Assembly: GCA_003173895.1 (NCBI GenBank)
Contig: PJMG01000006.1
Span: forward strand, 2,820 to 66,819
Reading direction: 5' to 3'
DNA: 64,000 nt
DNA from: Candidatus Levyibacteriota bacterium
GTDB lineage: Bacteria; Patescibacteriota; Microgenomatia; Levybacterales; UBA12049
Shown here: piece after piece, positions 47,793 to 57,706 of the stretch
Position numbering within the stretch: the stretch's first letter is position 1
How the letters are laid out: each line of letters begins with the position of its first letter
Program-made: the position numbers and the translations under genes
Notes under the pieces: model-generated
Seen by the model: the letters and a program-made list of their open reading frames with translations, nothing else
Database searches by the model: none
Told to the model about the DNA's origin: nothing

Positions 47793-49010
47793 ATGCATGA
47801 TCTAAGAACAGCTGCTTTTATCGCTTATAAATCGATTCTAAAAGGAAATAAATCTACATTTATACTTTTAATTTTTATCCTTTCACTATCTTTCTTAAAT
47901 ATGATGTTTATCTCAGGAATTCTAAATGGTTTAGAAAATTTATTTTATCGAACCATTATTAATACTTACGCTTCAGACGTTGCTGTAAATCCGCAGGAAA
48001 AACCTGAATTAAAACAATTTATTTTAAATCAAAATGAAGTTCAAGCCGAAATCCAAAGTATTCCTGGAGTTATAGCTACTACTCGTCGTTATTCTCTAGC
48101 TGGATCCATTTCATTTGATAAAGATAAAAATGGACAGTTTAAAAATGTTTCTGGTGCGATTATAGGTATAGATCCTACTCAAGAGCAGAAAGTTTTAACC
48201 TTAAATAATTTAATAATTTCTGGACATTATTTATCTGATACTGATTCTGATCAAATTTTACTTAGCTCAGCATTAGCAGGAGGATATGGAATTCCAGCTC
48301 CGAGTGATTTAGGTGGAGCTAGAGTCGGAGATAAAGTGCAGATTACCTATTCTAATGGTGTAATGAAAACATATACTATTAAAGGAATTTATAATGATGC
48401 TATAGGTATATTTGAGACATTTATTACCGCTCGAGAAGCAGAATCAGTTCTAAATGTTTATAACAGTGCCTCACAAATTTTGGTAAAAACAGATATAGAT
48501 CATACCCCTATTACTACATATCAAAAGAGAATCCAGCAGCTTCAATCTAATTTAAAAATTCAAACTTATTTAGATTTACTTGGTTCATTTAAATCATTTT
48601 TAGATGCACTTAATTTAATTTCAGTCATCGTTAGTGCTATTAGTGTGTTAGTCGCTGCGATTACTATTTTCGTCATTATTTACGTAAATGCGATTAATAA
48701 ACGTAAACAAATCGGAATTTTAAAAGCTATTGGCATCAGACAAACTATCATCATTTGGTCATATATTTTCCAATCACTTTTTTATGCGCTTTTTGGTGTG
48801 ATTATAGGTTCCTTTATCGTTTTTCTTATAATAACTCCACTTCTGAATAAATATCCTATTAATGTAGAATTTGGCTATCTTTATTTAGTTCATAATCCAA
48901 TAACCATTATAGGTGGTATTATTAGTATGTTTTTAGCCGGATTACTAGCAGGATATTTACCAGCTAGAATTGTCGCTCGCCAAAATATAATTAAAGCTAT
49001 TTGGGGCTAA
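47793..49010 (+). CDS. ABC transporter permease, FtsX/MacB-like
   Basis: TM1, a large periplasmic domain, then three C-terminal TM segments. Confidence 0.75.
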   Translation: MHDLRTAAFIAYKSILKGNKSTFILLIFILSLSFLNMMFISGILNGLENLFYRTIINTYASDVAVNPQEKPELKQFILNQNEVQAEIQSIPGVIATTRRYSLAGSISFDKDKNGQFKNVSGAIIGIDPTQEQKVLTLNNLIISGHYLSDTDSDQILLSSALAGGYGIPAPSDLGGARVGDKVQITYSNGVMKTYTIKGIYNDAIGIFETFITAREAESVLNVYNSASQILVKTDIDHTPITTYQKRIQQLQSNLKIQTYLDLLGSFKSFLDALNLISVIVSAISVLVAAITIFVIIYVNAINKRKQIGILKAIGIRQTIIIWSYIFQSLFYALFGVIIGSFIVFLIITPLLNKYPINVEFGYLYLVHNPITIIGGIISMFLAGLLAGYLPARIVARQNIIKAIWG

Positions 49011-49035
49011 AGTCCTGAGCGCAGTCGAAGGAATC
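49011..49035. repeat. family-1 repeat unit (AGTCCTGAGCGCAGTCGAAGGAATC) in the permease-ATPase spacer
   Basis: Matches the unit consensus GTCATCCTGAGCGaAGcGAAGGATC. Confidence 0.55.
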
Positions 49036-49037
49036 TT

Positions 49038-49709
49038 ATGATTACTGTTAAAAATCTAAAAAAAACATATCCTGGGAAAGTTCCTACTCCTGCTTTAAAA
49101 GGACTTAGTTTTATCGTCCAGAGTGGAGAGTTTATTGCTTTAACCGGACGAAGTGGATCAGGCAAATCTACTCTACTTCATCAATTAGGCTTACTAGATA
49201 ATCCTACAGAAGGCAACATAATGATTGATCAAACTGACGTATTAGCACTTTCTGATACTAAAAAAACTTTTTATAGACTTACATCTTTAGGTTATGTTTT
49301 CCAGGAATATGCGTTAGTTGCTGAATTTACGGCGTTAGAAAATGTTTTACTGCCTGCTATGGCTTTAGGAAATCATAATGACCAAAAAGAAAGAGCTAAA
49401 GAACTTTTATCTCTAGTGGGCTTGGAAGAAAGATTAAATTATTATCCTAATGAACTTTCAGGTGGTCAACAGCAGCGTGTGGCTATAGCACGAGCGTTAA
49501 TCAATCATCCTAAAATTCTTTTTGCTGATGAACCAACTGCTAATTTAGATACAGCCTCTTCTAAAACAGTTCTGGACATTTTCTTAAAATTAAATAAAGA
49601 AGAAAAACTCACTATTATTATGGTCACTCATGAACCAGACTATGCTAAATTAGCTCAACGAAATATAGAGCTTCTAGATGGACTGATTATTAAGGATAAA
49701 AAGCAATAA
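49038..49709 (+). CDS. ABC transporter ATP-binding protein (MacB/LolD-type)
   Basis: Walker A GRSGSGKST, signature LSGGQQQRVAIARAL, Walker B ILFADEPT. Confidence 0.85.
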   Translation: MITVKNLKKTYPGKVPTPALKGLSFIVQSGEFIALTGRSGSGKSTLLHQLGLLDNPTEGNIMIDQTDVLALSDTKKTFYRLTSLGYVFQEYALVAEFTALENVLLPAMALGNHNDQKERAKELLSLVGLEERLNYYPNELSGGQQQRVAIARALINHPKILFADEPTANLDTASSKTVLDIFLKLNKEEKLTIIMVTHEPDYAKLAQRNIELLDGLIIKDKKQ

Positions 49710-49764
49710 ATTACCTCCTTTAAAATCTTGTAAACACCACTGTTGTCTGATATTATTCAACTTA

Positions 49765-50490
49765 ATGAATAAAACAGAAGCCTTAAGTTATCAATTGTAT
49801 CTGGAACTACCCTATGATCCTACCGGAGAAAGCTATAGATTAGATCAACCTCAAACTGATGGGAGCGAAAATTTAGAGGTAAGAGATCAAGCAGTAGAAT
49901 TCGCCATGATGGAAAAACTTTTAGAACAAACTGCTGATGAAAATGTGAATTGGAAAAATATACTAGCTTCTTTAGATAATGAAAATAGGACTAATCAGCC
50001 TAGTTTATTTAGTCCGGATATACTTACTGCTACACTTAATTTATCTACTTTTAACAAAGTTCAATTTTCTGAAAGTTTCGGCTATCAAGGAAAAAAGCAT
50101 AATTATTCTCGATATGGAAATATGAATACTATCCCAGCTGGAAAGCAAATTCTTAACATGTCACTTCAGCCTTTTTCTGAAGATGTAATTTTACTTCACA
50201 CTATAGTAGGTTTACCAGAAACTAAAGAAAAGAATACTACTTTTAGAAATATCGAATTTACTTATATTCGCTCGAAAAGTACTAACCAACCACTCTATGT
50301 TTCATTGAAAGAACGAAGATCACAAAAACCAGCAGCTTCGATAGAAGATGAACCAACTTTTAATTTCACATTTATATTTCATCCTGAAGAGAATCCTAAA
50401 AATACTTTTCTGGAAATGTCTATAAGTGGAACTCAGAGACCCACACCTTTTCATGGATCATTTTACAACACGAGAAAAAGACTTTCATAA
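49765..50490 (+). CDS. hypothetical protein (ORFan island)
   Basis: 241 aa, no motif I recognise. Confidence 0.35.
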   Translation: MNKTEALSYQLYLELPYDPTGESYRLDQPQTDGSENLEVRDQAVEFAMMEKLLEQTADENVNWKNILASLDNENRTNQPSLFSPDILTATLNLSTFNKVQFSESFGYQGKKHNYSRYGNMNTIPAGKQILNMSLQPFSEDVILLHTIVGLPETKEKNTTFRNIEFTYIRSKSTNQPLYVSLKERRSQKPAASIEDEPTFNFTFIFHPEENPKNTFLEMSISGTQRPTPFHGSFYNTRKRLS

Positions 50491-50531
50491 TTGACAATTT
50501 TAAAATAGATGATTATCATGTTAATGATAAT

Positions 50532-51203
50532 ATGCCACGCAGCGAACTTATATGGCAAGAAGTTAAAGATCGTTTAAATCCTCGTATTATTCATACTAAA
50601 AATCCTGAACAATTTGCTCAAAAAATTGCTAAACATAGTTCTCGTAGAGAATTCATTCCCGAGCTAATAATTATAGAATCTAGTGTAAATCCTTTAACTG
50701 AAGGATTTCAAATGGAAACATATAGAGGCAATAAAACTATTCGCTACAGAGAAAATCCTCCACGTAGAAAAAAAGCTGAAGTAATTCCTCATAATTTATG
50801 TGAACCAACTAGACAAGCTAGTCAAGCTGCGAGAAGAGCTAGAGAAGAGAATTTATTACCGTCTATTTATCAAATAGCCACTTCTGCTAATGCTATAGCC
50901 AGTTTTTTAGATGAGACGGCGGGAGTAAGTAGTAATCTTGGATCTTGGGTAAGTGAAAATAGAATTGCTATTTTAAAAGCATTAAATACAGCTGTTAAAA
51001 GAGAAGATTCTGTTAGAGCAGCTATTAAAAATGAGTTTATTAAAAAAGGTGATCCTGAACCAGGAATTATGGTTCATTATTCACCAGGTTTTGGAGATTT
51101 AATAACACGCCGTATACATGGAGACAGAGAACAAGTATTACAAGTGCTTAATAAAAGCAACAATCCAGCAGCTATAGCTCCCTGGCCATCTAGTGGTAAA
51201 TAG
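50532..51203 (+). CDS. hypothetical protein (ORFan island)
   Basis: 223 aa, Arg-rich centre. Confidence 0.35.
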   Translation: MPRSELIWQEVKDRLNPRIIHTKNPEQFAQKIAKHSSRREFIPELIIIESSVNPLTEGFQMETYRGNKTIRYRENPPRRKKAEVIPHNLCEPTRQASQAARRAREENLLPSIYQIATSANAIASFLDETAGVSSNLGSWVSENRIAILKALNTAVKREDSVRAAIKNEFIKKGDPEPGIMVHYSPGFGDLITRRIHGDREQVLQVLNKSNNPAAIAPWPSSGK

Positions 51204-51211
51204 TAAGAAAA

Positions 51212-51964
51212 TTAAATAGGATCTTTACTCAATGCTTGTACTGCTAACGGATATAATTGTTTATAGATTTTGGCTCCCGCTTTTGCACCTTTTGCTATAA
51301 AAGGCCCTATGTGATATGACATAATCGTAGGAAGTATATCACCTTCAGCCAACCCATCTAGAGAAGCTAAAATAGTTTCTAAAGAGATTTGGAGTAATTG
51401 GTCTCCGGTAGGATCTTGAAGAAGTGAACTTCTGGCTAATTTTCTCTCGTTAAGTAATGTAGTTTTATTTGCCGCATCTTCTAGTAATCCTAATCGTGTT
51501 CGCCTGCGAAAACTTTCGGGAGATTTGGCTGTTTTTAGTTTTGCTTGTTCACTACCTAATAAAATACCATGAAGGACATTTTCTAAACCATATGAAAAGT
51601 CATACCAAAAAATAAAACCTATCTGAGAATTATCTTTATTAAATTGATTGGATATAGATTCCATGGGTAAGGAGATATTTTCTAGTATTGCCTCAGCAGT
51701 CAATTGAGGGGCTGTAGGTAGTATAGTCTTATACAATAAGCTTTTTTCTTTAAAATAACGTATTATTTTATTCTTATTTCTATAAATAGAATGAGTTATC
51801 TCTTGTATTAATGGCTCTCCCATTTCCTGTGTAAAATCCTGTATAGTAGATAAATTAGGATCTATTAATTGCCCTAAAGATGAACGTTCAGCAACTATGT
51901 CGCTTCTTTCACTCGTTGTAAGAGGAGACCAGAGATCTCCTAGACCGAATAGTTTTTCTGCCAT
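51212..51964 (-). CDS. hypothetical protein (ORFan island)
   Basis: 250 aa. Confidence 0.35.
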   Translation of the reverse strand: MAEKLFGLGDLWSPLTTSERSDIVAERSSLGQLIDPNLSTIQDFTQEMGEPLIQEITHSIYRNKNKIIRYFKEKSLLYKTILPTAPQLTAEAILENISLPMESISNQFNKDNSQIGFIFWYDFSYGLENVLHGILLGSEQAKLKTAKSPESFRRRTRLGLLEDAANKTTLLNERKLARSSLLQDPTGDQLLQISLETILASLDGLAEGDILPTIMSYHIGPFIAKGAKAGAKIYKQLYPLAVQALSKDPI

Positions 51965-52032
51965 AACCTGAGATCACTTTAGCATATATTCTAGAATTGT
52001 CAATCTTAATTGGAGCTTACAGCCAGGCAAAT

Positions 52033-53664
52033 CTAATCTTTTGGAGGATCTAATCTTCTAGTAATATCATTAATTAGTCTTTCTACTACATATTCAGGAA
52101 CTCTGTCTTCTTCTGCTAAAGTTTGACAGTGACCCCATACTGTTAAATCAACTCCATCTATAAGTCCAGATAAATGTTCATTCTCATGGAAAGCTGTTGG
52201 TTGATTTACATTGTAATCATATTCTTCTCTTAATCTTTTAGCTAATTCTTGAACTTGCTTACTACTTAGATTAACTCCAATACTTGCTGCTCTTAATAAA
52301 GATACAAATTGTTGTACTTCTTTAGAATATCTTTGATCAGTTAAAAAAACTTTTAATCTTTGTGTATTTTGTGCTGAATAAGCAGTATTTTCACCTTTAT
52401 TATTAAGACCATCTAATCTAGCTGGTTGAATATTTAAATTCATACCATCAATATAGTTTAAAGCTACTAAATATACTTTTTCTCGTATTCCGTGCCACCC
52501 TACTCTAAATCTCTCAGTTGAAGCTACAAAAACTCCTTTTTCAGGATCAATAGAATAATTTCCTGTTATTCCTCTAGATACCATTTCTCTAGCTGTACTC
52601 TGCAATTTTGTTTTAGTGTCTATATCCAATTGATCAAAAAGAGTCATATTACCATCGATTATCACAGGAATTCCTCTTTTTAAATGAGCAGCTGTAGTGG
52701 CTTTTCCGATATTTGCTATTTGAGAATCATCAAATGTACAAGTAGCATAGTCATCGATTCTTAAACGACCCTCAGTAATCATAGTATAAATATCAGCTGC
52801 AAGCATTGTATCTGTAACCGCTGGTGCCATAGGTGTATTAAGATTAACTACTCTATACACATCTGTTAAATTTTCAGGTACAGAAGGTGGAATTTTAGTC
52901 AGCTCTAGATATTGTTTACTTGTTCCAACTGATACAATTCGAGCTTTAAAAGGTAAACCTAAAGCATTAACCATTTTTACATAATCATTGTACATTCTAA
53001 TAAAATATTTTAGTCTATCTGAAGTACTTACTCCTCGTCCAGGATCTTCAAAAATAAGAATTTGTCCCCCTTCAGGCAAAACATTAGACATAGCATGGAA
53101 AGCTCTACTATATAAATCTAAAAATGTGGTTCCTGAGGAAACTAAAATAGGATCTGAACTATCCCTTTTATCCATATGTCTTAATATATTACGCAAAAGA
53201 AGTATATCAGGAGTTCCAGCACCTCTTTGTTCAGCTTCATGTCTTATGATATCACTATCTAGCATTTCTACTACACCTACTGTAGCTCGTGAAGAATGAT
53301 TATTAGGTTCTAGATAAGGATTGATTCCAAAAAATGTATCTCTATTAAAGAATGGCATACTTGCCAGCTTATCTAAATGAGCTCCTGTTCTACCACAACC
53401 TATATCCCAAACTGTTAAGTGTATATCAGTAGCACCTAATACATGTTTAAGATCAAAATCTTCAATATAATTCTCTGCAGTAGGAACAAATAATCTTTCT
53501 ATTGGACCACCAATTACACTAATTTCTATATCAGTAAGCCTGGTTAATAAACTTTGATAAGCCTCACTATCACTAAATGCAGCTAGTATCCTTTGTTGAG
53601 GAGTAGGTGTATTTTCGCCTGGATTAACAGGCATTTGGTTTGGATTATTTAGTAATTCTCCCAT
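52033..53664 (-). CDS. hypothetical protein with an N-terminal class-I SAM-methyltransferase-like fold (ORFan island)
   Basis: VWDIGCGRTGAHL (motif I-like), VGVVE (post-I acidic), DILLLRNIL, EGGQILIFE; tentative. Confidence 0.4.
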   Translation of the reverse strand: MGELLNNPNQMPVNPGENTPTPQQRILAAFSDSEAYQSLLTRLTDIEISVIGGPIERLFVPTAENYIEDFDLKHVLGATDIHLTVWDIGCGRTGAHLDKLASMPFFNRDTFFGINPYLEPNNHSSRATVGVVEMLDSDIIRHEAEQRGAGTPDILLLRNILRHMDKRDSSDPILVSSGTTFLDLYSRAFHAMSNVLPEGGQILIFEDPGRGVSTSDRLKYFIRMYNDYVKMVNALGLPFKARIVSVGTSKQYLELTKIPPSVPENLTDVYRVVNLNTPMAPAVTDTMLAADIYTMITEGRLRIDDYATCTFDDSQIANIGKATTAAHLKRGIPVIIDGNMTLFDQLDIDTKTKLQSTAREMVSRGITGNYSIDPEKGVFVASTERFRVGWHGIREKVYLVALNYIDGMNLNIQPARLDGLNNKGENTAYSAQNTQRLKVFLTDQRYSKEVQQFVSLLRAASIGVNLSSKQVQELAKRLREEYDYNVNQPTAFHENEHLSGLIDGVDLTVWGHCQTLAEEDRVPEYVVERLINDITRRLDPPKD

Positions 53665-53914
53665 AATATTTTGCCTTAAAGCCGTATGCGAATATTATCC
53701 TATATTACGACTAAATTAACCCATATTATATAATAATGTCTAAAAAATGTCAACACTATGCGACAGCTCTCTTATTCTAGAAAAGAGTGAATTTTCTAAT
53801 TTTTACAGTACAATATAGCACTGGTGGAAAGAAGTTTTTTACTTTAAAATTTGAGATTTTTATTTTTTTTAAACGGGTTGCGAAGTGGAAACTAATCTTA
53901 AAATATGTCCTATA

Positions 53915-54301
53915 TTATTGACCGGGCTCCTTTTCTAACGCCTCTACTATGAGTTGTCTTAACTCTTCTTTATCCAAAGTTCTTGAATAGTCCCCTATTT
54001 CAACTTTCCATGTAGTTTCATCTACTCTAGTTACACCTGTAGGTTCTGTAGGTAAATAACTCCATCCAGGATTTTCAGTAAATTCAGTAAATAATTTAGC
54101 TATTTCTGGATTAATGGCTAAACTTATAACTGTACTACCCACTTTAGCATCAAGTGCTTGCATTAAAAGACTTAAACTAATATTTTTACCCTCTCCAACT
54201 GGAATTAAAACAGGTCTTTGTGAATCTATTGAAATATCATTTAGCCAATCTGGTAACTTACCTGCCCTAATTAATGGGTGTTCATTTTCATTAGCTGACA
54301 T
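53915..54301 (-). CDS. hypothetical protein (ORFan island)
   Basis: 128 aa. Confidence 0.35.
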   Translation of the reverse strand: MSANENEHPLIRAGKLPDWLNDISIDSQRPVLIPVGEGKNISLSLLMQALDAKVGSTVISLAINPEIAKLFTEFTENPGWSYLPTEPTGVTRVDETTWKVEIGDYSRTLDKEELRQLIVEALEKEPGQ

Positions 54302-54373
54302 ATGGATATTTTAGCAAAATTAAATTTTGTTTTCTATTAAAGTATATATTCTCAGTTAATTTTATTACTCGCG

Positions 54374-54898
54374 CTAAGATTCTAATTCAATAAGTCCTTT
54401 GTCGCTATCAATTTTAACCATATTTAAGAGAGTTGTTGCGTCTTCAAGTCTTTGTCTTGCTTTTTCTAATTCTGTTTCTGCTGATGTAACTCCTGTTTTA
54501 GCAGAATCCATTTCGTATTCAGCTTCTTTTACGACTGCTACAATATTTTCTCTTGCAAGACGCTTAAACAATTTATCGGCGTAGGGAAATTTTAATTCTA
54601 ATAATCTAGTGAGGAATAAAGTTTCTTCAACTGTTGCACGTCTATTTATTAATGGAGATAAATCAAACGAATTTCCTCCTTGAGCTTCTGATTGAATCAG
54701 AAAAACTCCTTTAATTTCGCCGTCTCCATATCTAGGAGACGCAAAAAGATTTAGATTCACTGGTTGTGATAAGTATGAAATACCTGGAATTTGATACGTA
54801 ACGTTAAATTGTTCAGCTCCAGGAGTTCCTAAAATGCGCAATTTTTCCGCTTCTGTTTGGAAATCTTGATTTGGTAGTGAATATTTTTCTATTGACAT
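54374..54898 (-). CDS. hypothetical protein with a C-terminal coiled coil (ORFan island)
   Basis: 174 aa. Confidence 0.35.
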   Translation of the reverse strand: MSIEKYSLPNQDFQTEAEKLRILGTPGAEQFNVTYQIPGISYLSQPVNLNLFASPRYGDGEIKGVFLIQSEAQGGNSFDLSPLINRRATVEETLFLTRLLELKFPYADKLFKRLARENIVAVVKEAEYEMDSAKTGVTSAETELEKARQRLEDATTLLNMVKIDSDKGLIELES

Positions 54899-54995
54899 AA
54901 CTTATTGACTATACTATATCTTGTAATTGTATTCAAGTTCCTAGACATATTAATTAGTGTAACCATTAATAACTTCATTTCAATGATTTACTGAA

Positions 54996-55583
54996 TTACG
55001 AACCTTTGCTTAAAGCTAGGAGTACCAATGGCCCTGATGGCTCTTTGGTATTATCACTAGTTTCCCCTTTTGCGAACGTGCTATATACTTGACCTACCAT
55101 AGGTTGAGTATCTCCAGATGCTTGAATTAAACTTGGATCTTTAGAAATCATTTGTCCTACTACATTCATACCCCACCAACTATCATTTAAAGCCTCTTGT
55201 CCAGGCATTAATACTTGTTTTTGCACATCATATATTAAAGCATTAGAATTCCCATTTAGTGAATAAACGTTTACTATTAAATCTCTCTCATCTCTACCTG
55301 ACTGACGAGAGGTAATAGGATAATTTCTAGCTACTCTAATTTTTATACCCTGATTAACTAATTTCAGATTATGTAAATCAACCTCTTCTATTCTACCTAC
55401 TTCACCAGCCAGATTTTCTGGTGTGGGAATAAAATGACTATGATTTGCTTCTGAACAAGCTGTAAGCAGCATATCTGCTAACATGGGTAGTCCTAGAGTT
55501 ACTGCAGTACCCCATTTTAAAAATCCTCTTCTATCCATGGTTCTTTTAGGTGTAATTTGCTTTTCTGCTTCTGAATTTAACAT
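54996..55583 (-). CDS. Tat-signal lipoprotein-like hypothetical protein (ORFan island)
   Basis: Twin-arginine motif DRRGFLKWG, a hydrophobic h-region and an LLTAC lipobox-like site; GAGGAG SD 9 nt upstream. Confidence 0.45.
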   Translation of the reverse strand: MLNSEAEKQITPKRTMDRRGFLKWGTAVTLGLPMLADMLLTACSEANHSHFIPTPENLAGEVGRIEEVDLHNLKLVNQGIKIRVARNYPITSRQSGRDERDLIVNVYSLNGNSNALIYDVQKQVLMPGQEALNDSWWGMNVVGQMISKDPSLIQASGDTQPMVGQVYSTFAKGETSDNTKEPSGPLVLLALSKGS

Positions 55584-55586
55584 GCT

Positions 55587-56531
55587 TTATATTTCTCCTC
55601 TCTCTGCTCTTAATTGAGCCTGATCTCTATTAGCTATAACGTGATGTGTTATTATTTCTGGTTGATCAACATATCCTAATATTCCTCTATCTGCTACCAA
55701 ATCATATTTCTCTTTCACAGTGGAAAGTTTTGATAAGGCTACAGCTGCTGTTCTGGCAGAATCAATAATTATTTTTGCTACTGTTTCACCAGTACACCAT
55801 ACTTCATATTGTCTTTCTTTTCCTATTTTCTCTGGATGACTTGCTCCAAATCTAGTATGACGAATAAGATCATTATTGTTATAAGTGTGAACATTTTCTG
55901 TATTAAGATCCCCGTAGATGGCGTTAATAAGGAATTTAACAGAACTATTTATAGCTAATCCTATACCATCTTCTCCTGCAATAGTGAAGATTGCTACCAT
56001 TGCTGGTGTCCAAGTTGGATAATATTCTCCAAAGTCGTTAAAAAGATCATCAACTGCAGCTAATATTGCCTCACCATAATGTACTTCTCCTCCTTGAGAT
56101 AATAATTCTAAAAAGTGTTTTTCAATTCGTTGGTTTAGTGCAGTTACAGGTTTTTTTATAGTACCAAGCTCACTTTGATAGCTAACTTCCCCTTTAGCTA
56201 AATCAGCTAAATATCCCATAGCTACTTCTGCATATTCAGCCTGCTCTGGATTTCAGGTCATTTCTACATGATAGTGAGGTGAATATTTTATAGGTAAATT
56301 TAGTTGATCAGTTTGAGCGGTAAGTTGAGGATGCATATCTCGGTAATACCCTCCTCTATATTCTGTACCATCTATTTTATTAAATATACTTACATCTTTA
56401 AAAATATCATTTACTTGAGAAAAGGTAGGATTACCTAATTTACCACGGAGAATTTCTTTTCGTCCACGAGGTCCCTGATTTGGTTCTACTGACATGCGCA
56501 ATATAATAACACCTATTATTTCAAAATGCAA
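55587..56531 (-). pseudogene. gene interrupted by a single in-frame TGA (92-aa and 210-aa ORFs in the same frame); pseudogene, sequencing error or stop-codon readthrough
   Basis: The ORFs 56253-56531 and 55587-56219 share one frame. They are separated only by the TGA at 56253-56255 followed by 11 sense codons (NPEQAEYAEVA) before the downstream Met. Confidence 0.45.
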
Positions 56532-56642
56532 ATTATAGGATTAGGTTTATTTCACAGGATAAGTTTTAGCAAAGTTATACACCATTTTTTGTGAATGTTT
56601 ATCCCAATCTCCAGAAAAGGATGAGTGATTATGTTTAATTCG

Positions 56643-57515
56643 CTATTTTCTGATTGATCTAACCAGAGGATATCTTTCAGCGACTTGTGGAAGACTATAG
56701 GTTTTTGCTCGTAATGCTCTTATAAATTCTGGACCCCAAGGTGTTAATTCTCCAAGCCTAGTATCTTCATTATTTAAAACATTCTCTGAAAGAAATTTAG
56801 TTAAAAAAATAGTTACAATATATATAACTAAAGGATTACTAACTACATCAGGTAGAGAAACATCTAAGGGGCTTATGGGATGAAAGTCGAAAGGTAAACC
56901 TGTGACACGAGATACTGCGAGAGCTGTAAAAAGTAAAACTCCAGCTAAATCTCCTTTATTAATAGTTGTTAGATGTTTTATTCCAAGATCAGTTATTCCC
57001 TCAATTAAAGCCTGATTTATAACAGAAGCTCTGACAGCAGTATTTCTAAGAGTCTCATCTTTTTTATGAGTTTCATCATTTATTCTCTGTTGAACCAAAG
57101 TTATTACACCATTACCCCAACGAGCTCCATGAGGAATTCTTCTCTCATTCATTGCTTCTAACTCTGCTCTACTTATAGGTTTCTCACCTGTAGCAACTGC
57201 TTCACCTGTACCAGCATTTCCTGCTAATCCACTAATTTGTATGCCAAAATTATTTCTCTGTACATTTGTATCAACACCTATTGTAATTTTCCCTAAACCA
57301 AAAGATCGACAAGCAGTTGCCATACGATCAAAATCAATTACTATTTCCTCTGACATTTCTTTTGGAGCAATATTCGTTAACCCTTCAATTTCAAATGTAA
57401 TGGTTTTTTTACCTGGATCTGAAATTGTAATATTTCCTGCTTCAGTTAGTTCTCTTAATGTAAGGGTTCTTTGTTCTCTTAATGGGCCATTTTGTTCAGG
57501 TGAGGAATTAGACAT
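56643..57515 (-). CDS. hypothetical protein (ORFan island)
   Basis: 290 aa. Confidence 0.35.
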   Translation of the reverse strand: MSNSSPEQNGPLREQRTLTLRELTEAGNITISDPGKKTITFEIEGLTNIAPKEMSEEIVIDFDRMATACRSFGLGKITIGVDTNVQRNNFGIQISGLAGNAGTGEAVATGEKPISRAELEAMNERRIPHGARWGNGVITLVQQRINDETHKKDETLRNTAVRASVINQALIEGITDLGIKHLTTINKGDLAGVLLFTALAVSRVTGLPFDFHPISPLDVSLPDVVSNPLVIYIVTIFLTKFLSENVLNNEDTRLGELTPWGPEFIRALRAKTYSLPQVAERYPLVRSIRK

Positions 57516-57706
57516 AGAGGAACTTTACCAAAAAATTTTGGACATGTCAATTATAGGACAGTTTCTCTAAAACATATAAGTGTTTTTTTAAATAAAACTC
57601 AGATAATTGCTCCAGGCCAAACGAGTCAGAAATATAACCTAAGTTACATAGTATTTATAATGCTGTAAAACAAGGTGATTTTAGTACTGCTTTAAAAGAA
57701 ATAATT

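Noticed and set aside
55587-56531. Genome-wide UGA reassignment (genetic code 4 or 25)
   Set aside because: All other long ORFs are intact under the standard code. A single in-frame TGA in 64 kb is inconsistent with a recoded genome.
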